From: Betaproteobacteria bacterium
Lineage (GTDB): Bacteria > Pseudomonadota > Gammaproteobacteria > Burkholderiales > SG8-41
Direction of reading: 5' to 3'
Assembly (NCBI GenBank): GCA_016868035.1
Contig: VGID01000007.1
Location: 5,302-69,301, forward strand
Length of the DNA stretch: 64,000 nucleotides
A model generated the notes under the pieces. The model did no database searches. It had not been told where the DNA came from and was given only the letters and a program-made list of their open reading frames with translations. Position 1 is the stretch's first letter; every line of letters starts with the position of its first letter. Below are positions 8,738 through 19,327 of the stretch, piece by piece. The position numbers were made by a program, and so were the translations under genes.

Positions 8738-8907
8738 GAAGTGACGACTGACGCCGCTATCGCTGCTGACGACGGACGGCGCAAGGGTGACGACTGACGC
8801 CGCTTCGCTACTGACGAGAGACGAGAAGTCCGCATGGGTCGGTGGAAAACTCCTTACGTTGCAAAGGAGTTTCGGCTGCCGTCAGTTGTCAGTCGTCAGT
8901 TGTCACT
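8738..8907. repeat. Heptamer-arm palindromic element between efp and the CDF gene
   Basis: Left GTGACGA/CTGACGC/CTGACGA units; right CCGTCAG-TTGTCAG-TCGTCAG-TTGTCAC. Confidence 0.8.
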
Positions 8908-9825
8908 CATTGGCCTTTGTATTCCCCGGTGGAGCCGGACAACGGCGCTTTGCGGCGCCGCGGTGGATCCGCGGATCTCGGGCTGCAAGGTAGCGTGCTC
9001 TATGCCGAAGCGCCCGCGCAGCATCTCGCTCGCAGCGGCAAGGATTACCGGCCAGCGCTGCAGATCTTCCAGCTCGACGTGCGCCGAAAGCGCGACGCTG
9101 TCCGGAGTCAGGCTCCACACGTGCAAATCGTGCACGGAAACCACTCCGGGCACGGTCGCGAGCGCCTTCCCGATGGCGCCCAGCTCGACCGAGGGCGGCA
9201 CGCCCTCCATCAGCACGTGCAACGCATCGCGCAGCAGCTTGAGCGTCGTAGCCAGGATCAGGGCGCAGATCACCAGCGAGAGGATGGGGTCGATCGGCAG
9301 CCAGCCGGTGGCATAAATCACGGCTCCCGCGATCAGAACGGCGAACGAGCTCACCAGATCTCCGATGACGTGCAGCAGGGCCGCGCGCGCGTTGAGATCG
9401 GGCTCGCCGCGGCTCAGCAGGTAGGCGCAGACTCCGTTCACCAGCATGCCGATGAGTGCGATCACGATCACTCCGGAGGCCATGATCTCCCGCGGGGCAA
9501 TCAGGCGCTGGACCGCTTCGACCGCCAGCAGGACGATGATGGCCAGCATCAGCAGGCTGTTGAGCAGTGCGCCGATCACCTCCGCGCGCTGCCAGCCGTA
9601 GGTATGTCTGGCGCCGGGAGGGCGCCGCGCGAGCCGCGCCGCGAGCGCCGCTACCGCCAGCGCGCCCGCGTCGGAGAACATGTGGCCCGCATCGCCCAGC
9701 AAGGCCAGCGACCCGGTCCATAAACCGCCGACCAGCTCGACCACCGCGTAGCCGGCCGTCAGGGAGAGCGCGAGCACGAAGGCCGGCCGGCCGCGCGCGA
9801 TGCGATGGCTCGGGTGGGGGCTCAT
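8896..9825 (-). CDS. Cation diffusion facilitator (CzcD/ZitB-like) transporter
   Basis: SLALLGDAGHMFSD, TYGWQRAE, LHVIGD, VHDLHVWSL. Confidence 0.92.
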   Translation of the reverse strand: MSPHPSHRIARGRPAFVLALSLTAGYAVVELVGGLWTGSLALLGDAGHMFSDAGALAVAALAARLARRPPGARHTYGWQRAEVIGALLNSLLMLAIIVLLAVEAVQRLIAPREIMASGVIVIALIGMLVNGVCAYLLSRGEPDLNARAALLHVIGDLVSSFAVLIAGAVIYATGWLPIDPILSLVICALILATTLKLLRDALHVLMEGVPPSVELGAIGKALATVPGVVSVHDLHVWSLTPDSVALSAHVELEDLQRWPVILAAASEMLRGRFGIEHATLQPEIRGSTAAPQSAVVRLHRGIQRPMSDN

Positions 9826-10889
9826 CAGCCCAGCGGCAGCTCGCCGTCGCGCATGCCGATGCCGCTGATGGCGTGCAGCGCGCCGGCGTACTGCGCGTCC
9901 TCGCGCAGCTTGACCATGGTCTCCGCGTGCGAGCGCCCGTGCATGCGCGCTAGACGCGCGAGCCCCACCGCCGGCATCGCGTATTCGAACCCCGAAAACA
10001 GTTCGTCCACGGATTGCGGGCTGTTGCACACGAGCACCATGTCGCAGCCCGCGGCGACCGCCGCCTGCGCACGAGCCACCATCCCGCCGGCGACCGCCGC
10101 ACCCTCCATCGACAGGTCGTCGCTGAACACCACGCCGTCGAAACCGAGGTCGCCGCGCAGCACCTGCTTGAGCCACACGGGGGAGTAGCCCGCCGGGCGG
10201 CTGTCCACCTTCGGATAGATCACGTGTGCCGGCATGATCCCGCCCAGCCCGGACGCGATCAGCCGCCGGAACGGCACCAGGTCGTGCGCTTCGATGTCCG
10301 CATACGGCCGGTCGTCCACCGGCACTTCGTGGTGCGAGTCCGCGCGCACGTAACCGTGCCCCGGGAAATGCTTGCCCACGGCATTCATGCCGGCCTGCCG
10401 GAAGCCCTGCACCAGGGCCCGCGCCAGGTCCGCGATCGCGCGCGGGTCCGAATGCAACGCTCGATCGCCGATGACGCTGCTCGCGCCATGGTCGACGTCG
10501 AGCACCGGCGCAAAGCTCAGGTCCACCCCGTTCGCGCGCAGCTCCGACGCGAGCACGAAACCCACTTCGTGCGCGAGTTGCTTCGCCCGCTGAGGGTTCC
10601 CGTTCCAGGCTCGCCCGAGCTCGCGCATCGGCGGAATCGCGGTGAACTCCTCGCGGAAGCGCTGCACGCGTCCGCCCTCATGGTCGACCGCGATGACGAG
10701 CGGAGGATTACGCAGGCCGTGTATTTCCGCCGTGAGGCGGGAGAGCTGCTCGGTGCCGGTGTAATTGCGCGAGAACAGGATCACTCCGCCGGCGAGCGGG
10801 TGCAGGAGGCGGTGGCGATCCGTCTCGGTCAGGGCAGTGCCCGCGATGTCGAGCATGACCGGGCCGAGCGTCATTCTTTCCGCGTTCAT
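9825..10889 (-). CDS. nagZ: Beta-N-acetylhexosaminidase
   Basis: DHEGGRVQR, KHFPGHG...DSH, FSDDLSM. Confidence 0.96.
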   Translation of the reverse strand: MNAERMTLGPVMLDIAGTALTETDRHRLLHPLAGGVILFSRNYTGTEQLSRLTAEIHGLRNPPLVIAVDHEGGRVQRFREEFTAIPPMRELGRAWNGNPQRAKQLAHEVGFVLASELRANGVDLSFAPVLDVDHGASSVIGDRALHSDPRAIADLARALVQGFRQAGMNAVGKHFPGHGYVRADSHHEVPVDDRPYADIEAHDLVPFRRLIASGLGGIMPAHVIYPKVDSRPAGYSPVWLKQVLRGDLGFDGVVFSDDLSMEGAAVAGGMVARAQAAVAAGCDMVLVCNSPQSVDELFSGFEYAMPAVGLARLARMHGRSHAETMVKLREDAQYAGALHAISGIGMRDGELPLG

Positions 10890-11263
10890 CTCTCGAGCAC
10901 CACGCACGCGCACGCGAGGTTCGCTTCATCGCTGATCGTCAGGTGATGATTCACGATGCCCCTGCTGCTGACGAGCTGCTCCAGATTGGGGTGGAACGCG
11001 AGGCTCGGTCTTCCGGCCGCGTTCTGCACCACGCTGATGCATTGCAAGGTCACAGGATAGCGGAAACCGGTACCCATGGCCTTGGAGAAGGCTTCCTTCG
11101 CGGCGAACCGGTTGGCGAGGAACAGCACGGGGCGGACCGTGCGCAGGTAGGCGGGCCACTCGAGCGGCGTCAGCACGCGCCGCGCGAAGCGCTCGCCGTA
11201 TTTCTCCACCAGACGCGAGATACGCCGCGGCTCCACCACGTCGATGCCGATGCCGTAGATCAT
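10886..11263 (-). CDS. acpS: Holo-[acyl-carrier-protein] synthase
   Basis: [22 protein letters not shown]. Confidence 0.96.
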   Translation of the reverse strand: MIYGIGIDVVEPRRISRLVEKYGERFARRVLTPLEWPAYLRTVRPVLFLANRFAAKEAFSKAMGTGFRYPVTLQCISVVQNAAGRPSLAFHPNLEQLVSSRGIVNHHLTISDEANLACACVVLER

Positions 11264-12054
11264 CGGGCCGCGCTGATGAGCGCCTTCATTTCGCGCACCG
11301 CTCCGGCGAGCCCGACGAACACGGCGTGCGCCACGATGGCGTGGCCGATGTTGAGTTCCCGGATCTGCGGAATCGCGGCGACGGGCAGCACATTGTCATA
11401 ATTCAAGCCATGACCGGCGTTCACGTGCAGGCCCTTGCCCGCGGCGTAGTGCGCCGCGCTGCGGATCGTGTCGAGCTCTCTTTTTCGCTCCGCCTCCGTC
11501 TCGGCCTCGGCATAGAGCCCGGTATGCAGCTCGACCACGGGCGCTCCCGCTGCCAGCGCCGCGTCGATCTGGAGCGCATTCGCGTCGATGAACAGCGACA
11601 CGCGCACGCCCGCATCGGCGAGATCCCGGCACGCCCGCTTCACGTGCTCGAGATTGCCCGCCACGTCGAGCCCGCCCTCGGTGGTGAGCTCGGCGCGCTT
11701 CTCCGGAACCAGGCACGCGTCGTGGGGCTTCACCTTGCGCGCGAAGGCGATCATTTCCGGCGTCACCGCCGCCTCCAGGTTCATGCGGGTCTTGAGCAGG
11801 GAGCGCAGTTCGACGACATCGCGATCCTGGATGTGGCGGCGGTCTTCCCTGAGGTGCAGCGTTATGTAGTCCGCGCCGGCGGCCTCCGCGGCGAGCGCCG
11901 CCTCCACCGGGCTCGGGTAGCGCGTGCCGCGCGCCTGCCGCAGGGTCGCGACGTGATCGATGTTGACGCCGAGGAGTTTGCCGGACCCTGCCCCGGCAAA
12001 CTCCTGAGGCAAAACCGCCTGCACAAAGACGCGGGGAATCACCGAAAAGCTCAT
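11260..12054 (-). CDS. pdxJ: Pyridoxine 5'-phosphate synthase
   Basis: [35 protein letters not shown]. Confidence 0.96.
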   Translation of the reverse strand: MSFSVIPRVFVQAVLPQEFAGAGSGKLLGVNIDHVATLRQARGTRYPSPVEAALAAEAAGADYITLHLREDRRHIQDRDVVELRSLLKTRMNLEAAVTPEMIAFARKVKPHDACLVPEKRAELTTEGGLDVAGNLEHVKRACRDLADAGVRVSLFIDANALQIDAALAAGAPVVELHTGLYAEAETEAERKRELDTIRSAAHYAAGKGLHVNAGHGLNYDNVLPVAAIPQIRELNIGHAIVAHAVFVGLAGAVREMKALISAAR

Positions 12055-12139
12055 CTCGTCCCTACCCTCATGTACCCTTGCAGGCCTGCGGCAATCGTTA
12101 GGCTCACCTTCATCCAAGATCCGCAGGCGGTTTTGCGTT

Positions 12140-12175
12140 AGCAGCCTGTCGGGCCGCCGACTCCGACAGGCTGCT
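12140..12175. repeat. Minimal family-A element (two inverted ends 10 nt apart)
   Basis: AGCAGCCTGTCGG-GCCGCCGACT-CCGACAGGCTGCT at the recO stop. Confidence 0.7.
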
Positions 12176-12906
12176 CATAGGTCCTGGAGGTCGCGCAGCA
12201 GCTGCCGCGTGTGCAGGACCTGTTTGCCGAGGTAGTGATTGATCAGCATGCGCATCAGCGCCTTGCTCTGCTGCAGCGTGACGGCGCTGGTGAAATCGCC
12301 CGATTGCATGTCGAGCAGCGTCTGGCCGGACAATTCTACCCCGTTTTCCGGAGCATCACCGGTGACGGAGACCGGTCCGCGCTCCATGACGTAGACATAG
12401 CGCCGGGCGCGCGAGATGGGCTCGCCGTCCTCGGCGTCGCGGTCGAACGTGACTGCGTAGCCCAGCTCCCGCAGCAGCCCGATTTCGAAGCGCCGCAGTA
12501 TGGCCGCGTGATCGGGCTCCCGCGCCAGGGCCGCGAGCGTGTCCTGGTAGGTCGCAAACAACTTCTCGTGCGGGTCGTCACGATGCAGCAGCTTGAGCAG
12601 CAATTCGTTGAGGTAGAAGCCGCACGCAAGCGCCCCGCCCTTCAGCGGAGCGTACGGCCCCTGCCACTCGGCCCGGATCAGGGTCCGCAGCTCGGCCTTT
12701 CCCGACCACGATAGCAGCAGCGGCTGGAACGCGAGCAACACCCCGCGCAGCGCCGATTTCGGGCGGCGCGCGCCACGCGCGACCAGCGCGACCCGCCCCA
12801 GGTTCCGCGCGAAGGTTTCCACCACCATGCTGGTCTCGCGGTACGGGTAGCTGTGCAGCACGAAAGCCGGCTGCGAGTCCTGACGGGATCTATCGGCTGA
12901 CGTCAT
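12175..12906 (-). CDS. recO: DNA repair protein RecO
   Basis: AFVLHSYPYRETS, GFYLNELL; position between era and pdxJ. Confidence 0.95.
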   Translation of the reverse strand: MTSADRSRQDSQPAFVLHSYPYRETSMVVETFARNLGRVALVARGARRPKSALRGVLLAFQPLLLSWSGKAELRTLIRAEWQGPYAPLKGGALACGFYLNELLLKLLHRDDPHEKLFATYQDTLAALAREPDHAAILRRFEIGLLRELGYAVTFDRDAEDGEPISRARRYVYVMERGPVSVTGDAPENGVELSGQTLLDMQSGDFTSAVTLQQSKALMRMLINHYLGKQVLHTRQLLRDLQDL

Positions 12907-12926
12907 CGAGCTCTGCGGAAGGACCT

Positions 12927-13838
12927 CTACTCGAAGCCGAGCCGATTCAGCATGGCCTCGCTGTCGGTCCAGCCCCGGCGCACCTTGACCCACACCTCGA
13001 GATAGACCTTGCCTCCGAAAAGTGCCTCCATGTCCTGGCGCGCCTGGCTGGCGATCAGCTTGAGCTTCTCCCCGCCCCTGCCGATCACGATCGGTTTCTG
13101 CGTCCGGCTGGCGACGAGGATGATGGCGTTGATCCGCCGCACGCCCCGGACGAGCTTGAACTGCTCGATCTCGACGGTCGTCGCGTACGGCAGCTCGTCA
13201 CCGAGCAGGCGGAACAGCTTTTCGCGCACCAGCTCGGCCGCGAGAAAACGCTCGCTCATCGTCGTGACCTCGTCCTCGCCGTACAGGGCGGGGCCCCGCG
13301 GCAGCAGCGGCACGAGCGTATCCAGCAGCTCCCCGACCTGGGTGCCGCGGCCGGCTGACAGCGGCACGATCGAGCTGAACTCGCGGCGCGCGGACATTTC
13401 CGCAATGAACGGCAGAAGCAGTCTCTTGTCGCCGATGCGGTCGATCTTGTTGATGGCAAGCACTACCGGGACACCGGCCGGCAGCAGCTTCTCCACTGCA
13501 CGGTCTGCCGCATTGCACACCAGCGCTTCGATCATCCAGACGATGATGTCCACGCCCTCGAGGCTCGCCGCGACGCTGCGATTCATCAGCCGGTTCAGGG
13601 CCGAGCGGTGCACAGTCTGATACCCGGGGGTGTCCACGAACACGATTTGCGCGTCCGCGCGCGTGATGATCCCGGTCACGTGCTGGCGCGTCGTCTGGGG
13701 CTTGCGCGAGGTGATACTGATCTTCTGGCCCACGACGCGGTTGAGCAGCGTGGACTTGCCGACGTTGGGGCGTCCGACGATCGCGACCTGGCCGGCGCGG
13801 AAAGCCGGCGCCCGCTCAGTCACGGTTTGCAAGCTCAT
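12927..13838 (-). CDS. era: GTPase Era
   Basis: GRPNVGKSTL, QTTR, DTPG, NKID, KH domain. Confidence 0.97.
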   Translation of the reverse strand: MSLQTVTERAPAFRAGQVAIVGRPNVGKSTLLNRVVGQKISITSRKPQTTRQHVTGIITRADAQIVFVDTPGYQTVHRSALNRLMNRSVAASLEGVDIIVWMIEALVCNAADRAVEKLLPAGVPVVLAINKIDRIGDKRLLLPFIAEMSARREFSSIVPLSAGRGTQVGELLDTLVPLLPRGPALYGEDEVTTMSERFLAAELVREKLFRLLGDELPYATTVEIEQFKLVRGVRRINAIILVASRTQKPIVIGRGGEKLKLIASQARQDMEALFGGKVYLEVWVKVRRGWTDSEAMLNRLGFE

Positions 13839-14487
13839 AGGCTTGCCGGGCTGCCTCCTGCTCGGCGGTGCGCCGGCTGCTGCCCTCGCCCAGGGTACGG
13901 ATACCGAGCTGGGGAATCACGCACTCGACCTGGAACACCTGCTCATGAGCCTCCCCTCGCGTCGAAACCACCGCGTATTGCGGCAGCGCGATCTTGCGAG
14001 CCTGCAGGTGCTCCTGGAGCGAGGTCTTGGGATCCTTCCCGCTGGTCCGTGGGTCTATGGTATCGATCGCCTCGCCCAGCAGCACCCGGACTGTCCGGCA
14101 TGCGGCGTCGAAGCCTGCATCGAGGAACACGGCGCCGACCACCGCCTCGACCGAGTCGGCGAGGATCGAAGGCCGCTGCGCGCCGCCGCTTCTCACCTCG
14201 CCTTCCCCGAGGCTCAGCTGGTCCCCGAACGCAAACCGCTGCGCGACTGCAGCAAGCGACGGCTGGTTGACCAGGTTGGCACGCAGCCGCGACAGCTCGC
14301 CTTCCGTCAGCTGGGGAAACCTGCGGTAGAGCTCGAGTGCAACAGCGCAGTTCACCACGCTGTCTCCGAGAAACTCGAGGCGCTCGTTGTTTGCGGCGCC
14401 GTGGCTGCGATGCGTCAGCGCCCGGCGCAACAATTCTGGATCGTTGAAGCGGTGGCCGATCCGGAGGGCGAAATCCTCGAGGACCAT
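13816..14487 (-). CDS. rnc: Ribonuclease III
   Basis: ALTHRS..NNERLEFLGD, dsRBD with DPKTSLQE. Confidence 0.97.
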   Translation of the reverse strand: MVLEDFALRIGHRFNDPELLRRALTHRSHGAANNERLEFLGDSVVNCAVALELYRRFPQLTEGELSRLRANLVNQPSLAAVAQRFAFGDQLSLGEGEVRSGGAQRPSILADSVEAVVGAVFLDAGFDAACRTVRVLLGEAIDTIDPRTSGKDPKTSLQEHLQARKIALPQYAVVSTRGEAHEQVFQVECVIPQLGIRTLGEGSSRRTAEQEAARQAYELANRD

Positions 14488-14517
14488 CAGCGCTCGGACA
14501 CTGTGGGCGCGCTTTCG

Positions 14518-14874
14518 CTAGTTCCTGGAGCTCGGATAGAAATCCATGCAAGCGCTCAGATTCCCGACGAGAGGCACACGCACCGAGTATTCCGCGCTGA
14601 TCACGATCCTGTCGCCTTCCTTCGCGATCTTGAGATCACTCGGGCTGACCGACCGGAGGTTCTCGATGACCGCCCGCCGGCTGTATGCCGCCTCGACTTC
14701 CCTGCGCATGCCGGCCCGCAAATCGGGATCCGACGCGACGACCTTGAACTGCTTCTCGATGGCGAAGTTTTCCAGGTACGGCGGTCCGATCTTGAATCCG
14801 AGCAACAGCGCAAAGATCCCGACAATCGCCCACAGGATGAACCCCGAAACGGTCACCCCCGTCTGCCGCTTCAT
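14518..14874 (-). CDS. DUF4845-type membrane protein
   Basis: Pilin-like N-terminus KRQTGVT; usual position between lepB and rnc. Confidence 0.8.
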   Translation of the reverse strand: MKRQTGVTVSGFILWAIVGIFALLLGFKIGPPYLENFAIEKQFKVVASDPDLRAGMRREVEAAYSRRAVIENLRSVSPSDLKIAKEGDRIVISAEYSVRVPLVGNLSACMDFYPSSRN

Positions 14875-14885
14875 GATCGAACGCT

Positions 14886-15689
14886 TCAGTTGATCCACCG
14901 GCCGATCCTCCCGAAATCGTCAAAATTCCACCAGATCAGGAACGCCTTGCCCACGATATTCGCCTCTGGCACGAATCCCCAGTAGCGGCTGTCGCTGCTG
15001 CTGTCCCTGTTGTCGCCCATCAGGAAATAGTGGCCCGGCGGTACCGTGCAGGAAAAGCCCGCTTCATTGTAGGCGCAATTGTCGCGAAATGGAAACCACC
15101 GGACCCCGGGCAGATGCACGCTTGGAATTTCCGGCTGCACCAGTATCGCGTGCCGGTGCTCGCCCAGCGTCTCCCGCAGCCGCCGCGCGGAAACGAAGTT
15201 CAGGCCGGACTCCACGTAGTTGTATTCGCCGTCGGGGGTCGCCTGGATCTCCTTGCCGTTGATCCACAGCCGCTTGTCGCGGTAGGCGATCTGGTCCCCC
15301 GGCAATCCGACCACGCGCTTGATGTAGTCGAGCGAGGGGTTCTCCGGGTAACGAAACACCATGATCTCGCCGCGCCGTGCCTGGCTCACGTCGACGAGCT
15401 TCACGTTGATGATCGGCAGCCGGATGCCGTAGGTGAACTTGTTCACGAGGATGAAGTCGCCCACGAGCAGCGTCGGCAGCATCGAGCCGGAAGGGATCTT
15501 GAACGGCTCGACGAGGAACGAGCGCAGCAGGAACACGACCAAAATCACCGGGAAAAAACTCTTCGGGTATTCGACCCACCACGGCTCGTGGCGGCCCGCC
15601 CCGCGGCGGTGGCGCAGCCAGTAATGGTCGAGCGCCCACACCGCACCGGTCGCGACCAGCAGCAGGAACATGATCATCGCGAAATTCAC
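14886..15689 (-). CDS. lepB: Signal peptidase I
   Basis: EPFKIPSGSM.PTL, YIKRVVGLPGD, GDNRDSSSDSRYWG. Confidence 0.97.
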   Translation of the reverse strand: MNFAMIMFLLLVATGAVWALDHYWLRHRRGAGRHEPWWVEYPKSFFPVILVVFLLRSFLVEPFKIPSGSMLPTLLVGDFILVNKFTYGIRLPIINVKLVDVSQARRGEIMVFRYPENPSLDYIKRVVGLPGDQIAYRDKRLWINGKEIQATPDGEYNYVESGLNFVSARRLRETLGEHRHAILVQPEIPSVHLPGVRWFPFRDNCAYNEAGFSCTVPPGHYFLMGDNRDSSSDSRYWGFVPEANIVGKAFLIWWNFDDFGRIGRWIN

Positions 15690-15704
15690 GCAACACCCGT
15701 GCAC

Positions 15705-15761
15705 GGCAAGCAGTGAGCGGTGAGCGGAAAGAACCGCTTACCGCTTAGCGCTTGCGGCTTG
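15705..15761. repeat. Heptamer-arm palindromic element between lepA and lepB
   Basis: GGCAAGC-AGTGAGC-GGTGAGC-GG loop CCGCTTA-CCGCTTA-GCGCTTG-CGGCTTG. Confidence 0.8.
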
Positions 15762-15768
15762 TCGATGC

Positions 15769-17559
15769 TCATTTCTCCACCTGCAAGATGGCGAGAAACG
15801 CTTCCTGCGGTATCTCCACGCTGCCCACCTGCTTCATCCGCTTTTTCCCCGCCTTTTGCTTCTCCAGGAGCTTCCTCTTGCGGGTGATGTCGCCCCCGTA
15901 ACACTTGGCCAGCACGTTCTTTCGCATCGCCTTTACCGTCTCGCGCGCGATGATGTGCGATCCGATGGCCGCCTGCACGGCGACGTCGAACATCTGGCGC
16001 GGAATGAGCTCGCGCATCTTGACCGCCAGCTCGCGCCCGCGGTTTTGCGCGTTGTCCCGATGCACGATCAGCGACAGCGCATCCACCCTCTCCTCGTTGA
16101 TCAGGATGTCGAGCCGCACCAGATCGCCGGCCCGGTATTCGAGGAAATCGTAATCGAGGGACGCGTAACCGCGCGATACCGATTTGAGCCTGTCGAAGAA
16201 GTCCATCACGACCTCATTGAGCGGCATCTCGTACGTCAGCATGACCTGCCGTCCGATGTACTGCAGGTTGCGCTGAGCCCCGCGCTTCTGGTTGCAAAGC
16301 GTGATCACGGGCCCGACGTACTCGTGCGGGACGAGGATCGAGGCCTTGATGACGGGCTCGCGGATCTCCTCGATCCTGGTCAACTCGGGCAGCCGCGAGG
16401 GATTCTCGATCTCCAGCACCGAGCCGTCGCGCAGCAGAACCTGGTAGACCACGGTCGGGGCGGTGGTGATGAGATGCATGTCGTACTCACGCTCCAGGCG
16501 CTCCTGGACGATGTCCAGGTGCAGCAGCCCCAGGAACCCGCAGCGGAAGCCGAACCCGAGCGCCTGCGAGGACTCCGGCTCGAAGCGCAGCGAGGCATCG
16601 TTGAGCTGCAGCTTCTCCAGGGCATCGCGCAACGCGCCGTACTCCCCCGTGTCCACCGGATAGAGTCCGGCGAAGACCTGGGGCTTGATCTCCTTGAACC
16701 CGGGAAGCGCCGCCGCCGCGGGGCGATCCGCGAGCGTCAGGGTGTCTCCCACGCGCGCGGCCTTCAGTTCCTTGATGCCGGCCGTCACGTAGCCTACCTC
16801 GCCCGCGCTCAGGCTATCCTTCATGCGGGCCTTGGGCGTGAACACGCCCACCTCGTCGCACAGGTAGGCGGCGCCGCTCGACATCAGCCGCAGACGGTCC
16901 TTCGGCTTCAATTCCCCGTCGACCACGCGCACGAGCATGACCACGCCCACGTAGTTGTCGAACCACGAGTCGATGATGAGCGCCTTGAGCGGCTGCATGC
17001 GCTCGCCCCTGGGCGGCGGAATGGTGCGAATCACCGCTTCGAGGATCTCGCCGACACCCTCCCCGGTTTTCGCGCTCACGCGCAGCGCGTCGCCGGCCGG
17101 TATGCCGATGATGTCCTCGATCTCGGAGGCCACCCGCTCGGGGTCGGCCTGGGGAAGGTCCATCTTGTTGAGCACCGGGACCACCTCCACCCCCTGCTCG
17201 ATGGCGGTGTAGCAATTCGCGACGGTCTGCGCCTCGACGCCCTGGGACGCGTCCACGACCAGCAGCGCGCCCTCGCAAGCGGCAAGCGAGCGCGACACCT
17301 CGTAGGAGAAGTCCACGTGTCCCGGCGTGTCGATCAGGTTGAGCAGGTAGATGCTCCCGTCGCGGGCCCGGTACTCGAGCGCCGCAGTCTGGGCCTTGAT
17401 GGTGATGCCGCGCTCGCGCTCGAGCGCCATCGAGTCGAGGACCTGCTCCTCCATCTCGCGGTCGGTGAGCGCGCCGCACAGCTGGATGAAGCGGTCGGCG
17501 AGCGTGGACTTGCCGTGGTCGATATGCGCGATGATGGAAAAGTTGCGGATATGCTGCAT
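15769..17559 (-). CDS. lepA: Translation elongation factor 4
   Basis: [38 protein letters not shown]. Confidence 0.98.
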   Translation of the reverse strand: MQHIRNFSIIAHIDHGKSTLADRFIQLCGALTDREMEEQVLDSMALERERGITIKAQTAALEYRARDGSIYLLNLIDTPGHVDFSYEVSRSLAACEGALLVVDASQGVEAQTVANCYTAIEQGVEVVPVLNKMDLPQADPERVASEIEDIIGIPAGDALRVSAKTGEGVGEILEAVIRTIPPPRGERMQPLKALIIDSWFDNYVGVVMLVRVVDGELKPKDRLRLMSSGAAYLCDEVGVFTPKARMKDSLSAGEVGYVTAGIKELKAARVGDTLTLADRPAAAALPGFKEIKPQVFAGLYPVDTGEYGALRDALEKLQLNDASLRFEPESSQALGFGFRCGFLGLLHLDIVQERLEREYDMHLITTAPTVVYQVLLRDGSVLEIENPSRLPELTRIEEIREPVIKASILVPHEYVGPVITLCNQKRGAQRNLQYIGRQVMLTYEMPLNEVVMDFFDRLKSVSRGYASLDYDFLEYRAGDLVRLDILINEERVDALSLIVHRDNAQNRGRELAVKMRELIPRQMFDVAVQAAIGSHIIARETVKAMRKNVLAKCYGGDITRKRKLLEKQKAGKKRMKQVGSVEIPQEAFLAILQVEK

Positions 17560-17632
17560 GGAAAAGGTCCCCCGCGCGGGCGTTCAGGAGGCCGTCTTGC
17601 GGGTGCCCTTCCTTCGTCTAAAGGCGCGTAGT

Positions 17633-17884
17633 TTATAGGAATTTCTCGAGATGCGCAGTAACGGCGCCGGGGTCGAGAACGAAACGGCACAGCTCGCGTT
17701 CTCCGTGCACAAGCACCGGCACGTGCTCGCCGTAGCGCTCCCCGAGCGCCGGGTCGGAGTCGACGTCGGTTACGACCAGCCCGAAATGAAAGCGGGCCTG
17801 CAGTTGACGCAGGCCCGCGATCATTTCCTCGCAAAGGTGGCAGCGTTCGCGGCTGTACACCGTGAGGGTGACGGGATCAGCCAA
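17633..17884 (-). CDS. Glutaredoxin-like protein (DUF836)
   Basis: YSRERCHLC, VPVL; usual position between degP/mucD and lepA; start uncertain. Confidence 0.8.
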   Translation of the reverse strand: MADPVTLTVYSRERCHLCEEMIAGLRQLQARFHFGLVVTDVDSDPALGERYGEHVPVLVHGERELCRFVLDPGAVTAHLEKFL

Positions 17885-19259
17885 CTTCGACGCGAAACGG
17901 GATGTAGAGGGAGTTCGCACCCCGCCGCACGAGCAAAGCGACGACGCGGCCTTTGTCGAACTGGCTCATCATCTGGTTGAACTGCTCGACCGTCTTCACG
18001 TCCTGATTGTTGATGGCGACGATCACGTCGCCGCGGCGCACGCCCGCGCGTGCGGCGGGCCCTTCCACGTTCTCCACGAGCACCCCGCCGGGGAGCTTCA
18101 GTTCGCTGCGCTGGGCGTCCGTGAGCTCGGAGAGCGCCATGCCGTACTGGCTCGGCGCGGCCGCCGGCGGCTTGCCACCCCGCCGGGCCTGGCGCGCGGC
18201 GCGGTCATCCTGCATTTCGGCAATCACCACCTGCACATCGCGCGGCTGCTTGTTGCGCCAGATCTGCATGGTCACCCGGTTGCCCGGTTTCGTCGCCCCC
18301 ACGATGCGCGGAAGATCCTCGGATGAATTCACCGACTTCCCGTCGAATCTCAGGATCACGTCCCCCGGTTCGACGCCGGCTTTCTCCGCCGGTCCGCCCT
18401 TCTCCACCGAGTTGACCAGCGCTCCCTGCGGCTTGGCGAGCCCGAAGGACTCGACGAGCTCCTTGCTGAGCGGCTGGATCACGACGCCGATGCGACCGCG
18501 CGTGACTCTGCCCGCGGTGCGCAGCTGCTGCGCGATGTCATTTGCGACATCGATCGGTATCGCGAAGGAGAGCCCCATGAAGCCGCCCGTGCGGCTGTAG
18601 ATCTGCGAATTGATGCCGATCACCTCGCCCCTCAAGTTGAACAGCGGCCCCCCGGAGTTTCCGGGGTTGACGGCGACGTCGGTCTGGATGAAAGGCACGT
18701 AATTTTCCTGCGGGAGCGAGCGCCCTTTGGCGCTGACGATGCCCTTCGTGACCGTCTGCTCGAATCCGAACGGCGAGCCGATCGCGACCACCCATTCTCC
18801 GACCTTGAGCCGGTTGGGGTCCCCGAACCGGACCGCCGGCAGCCCCGTCGCCTCGATCTTGATCAGCGCGATGTCCGTGCGGCGATCGGCGCCGATCACC
18901 TTGGCCCGGTACTCGCGCTTGTCCTGCAATCTCACGGTGATCTCGTCCGCGGCATCCACCACGTGCGCGTTGGTCAGGATGTAGCCGTCGGGGCTGATGA
19001 CGAACCCGGATCCCAGCGACTGCGTCTGGAACTCGCGCGGACCGGGATTGGGCGCGAAGCGCCGGAAGAACTCGTAGAACGGGTCGTTTTCCTGCAGGTT
19101 CGGAGCCTGCGGAGAAAGCGGATTGCGCACCGACTGCGTGGTGCTGACGTTGACCACCGTCGCTCCCTGTTTCTCCACGAGCTCCGTGAAATCGGGGAGC
19201 TGGGCGGAAGTCGCAAGCGGCAGCGCGAAGGTCAGCGCGACGAGCAAATGCCTGAGCAT
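17877..19259 (-). CDS. Periplasmic serine protease DegP/DegQ (MucD-like)
   Basis: GSGF, TNAHV, QTDVAVNPGNSGGPL, two PDZ domains. Confidence 0.95.
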   Translation of the reverse strand: MLRHLLVALTFALPLATSAQLPDFTELVEKQGATVVNVSTTQSVRNPLSPQAPNLQENDPFYEFFRRFAPNPGPREFQTQSLGSGFVISPDGYILTNAHVVDAADEITVRLQDKREYRAKVIGADRRTDIALIKIEATGLPAVRFGDPNRLKVGEWVVAIGSPFGFEQTVTKGIVSAKGRSLPQENYVPFIQTDVAVNPGNSGGPLFNLRGEVIGINSQIYSRTGGFMGLSFAIPIDVANDIAQQLRTAGRVTRGRIGVVIQPLSKELVESFGLAKPQGALVNSVEKGGPAEKAGVEPGDVILRFDGKSVNSSEDLPRIVGATKPGNRVTMQIWRNKQPRDVQVVIAEMQDDRAARQARRGGKPPAAAPSQYGMALSELTDAQRSELKLPGGVLVENVEGPAARAGVRRGDVIVAINNQDVKTVEQFNQMMSQFDKGRVVALLVRRGANSLYIPFRVEVG

Positions 19260-19327
19260 GGATAGTCCTCTGTTGCTACGGGAAAGGGTATGGAGCAGGG
19301 GGTGTTGCGAAATCGGGGTGCGGCGGG

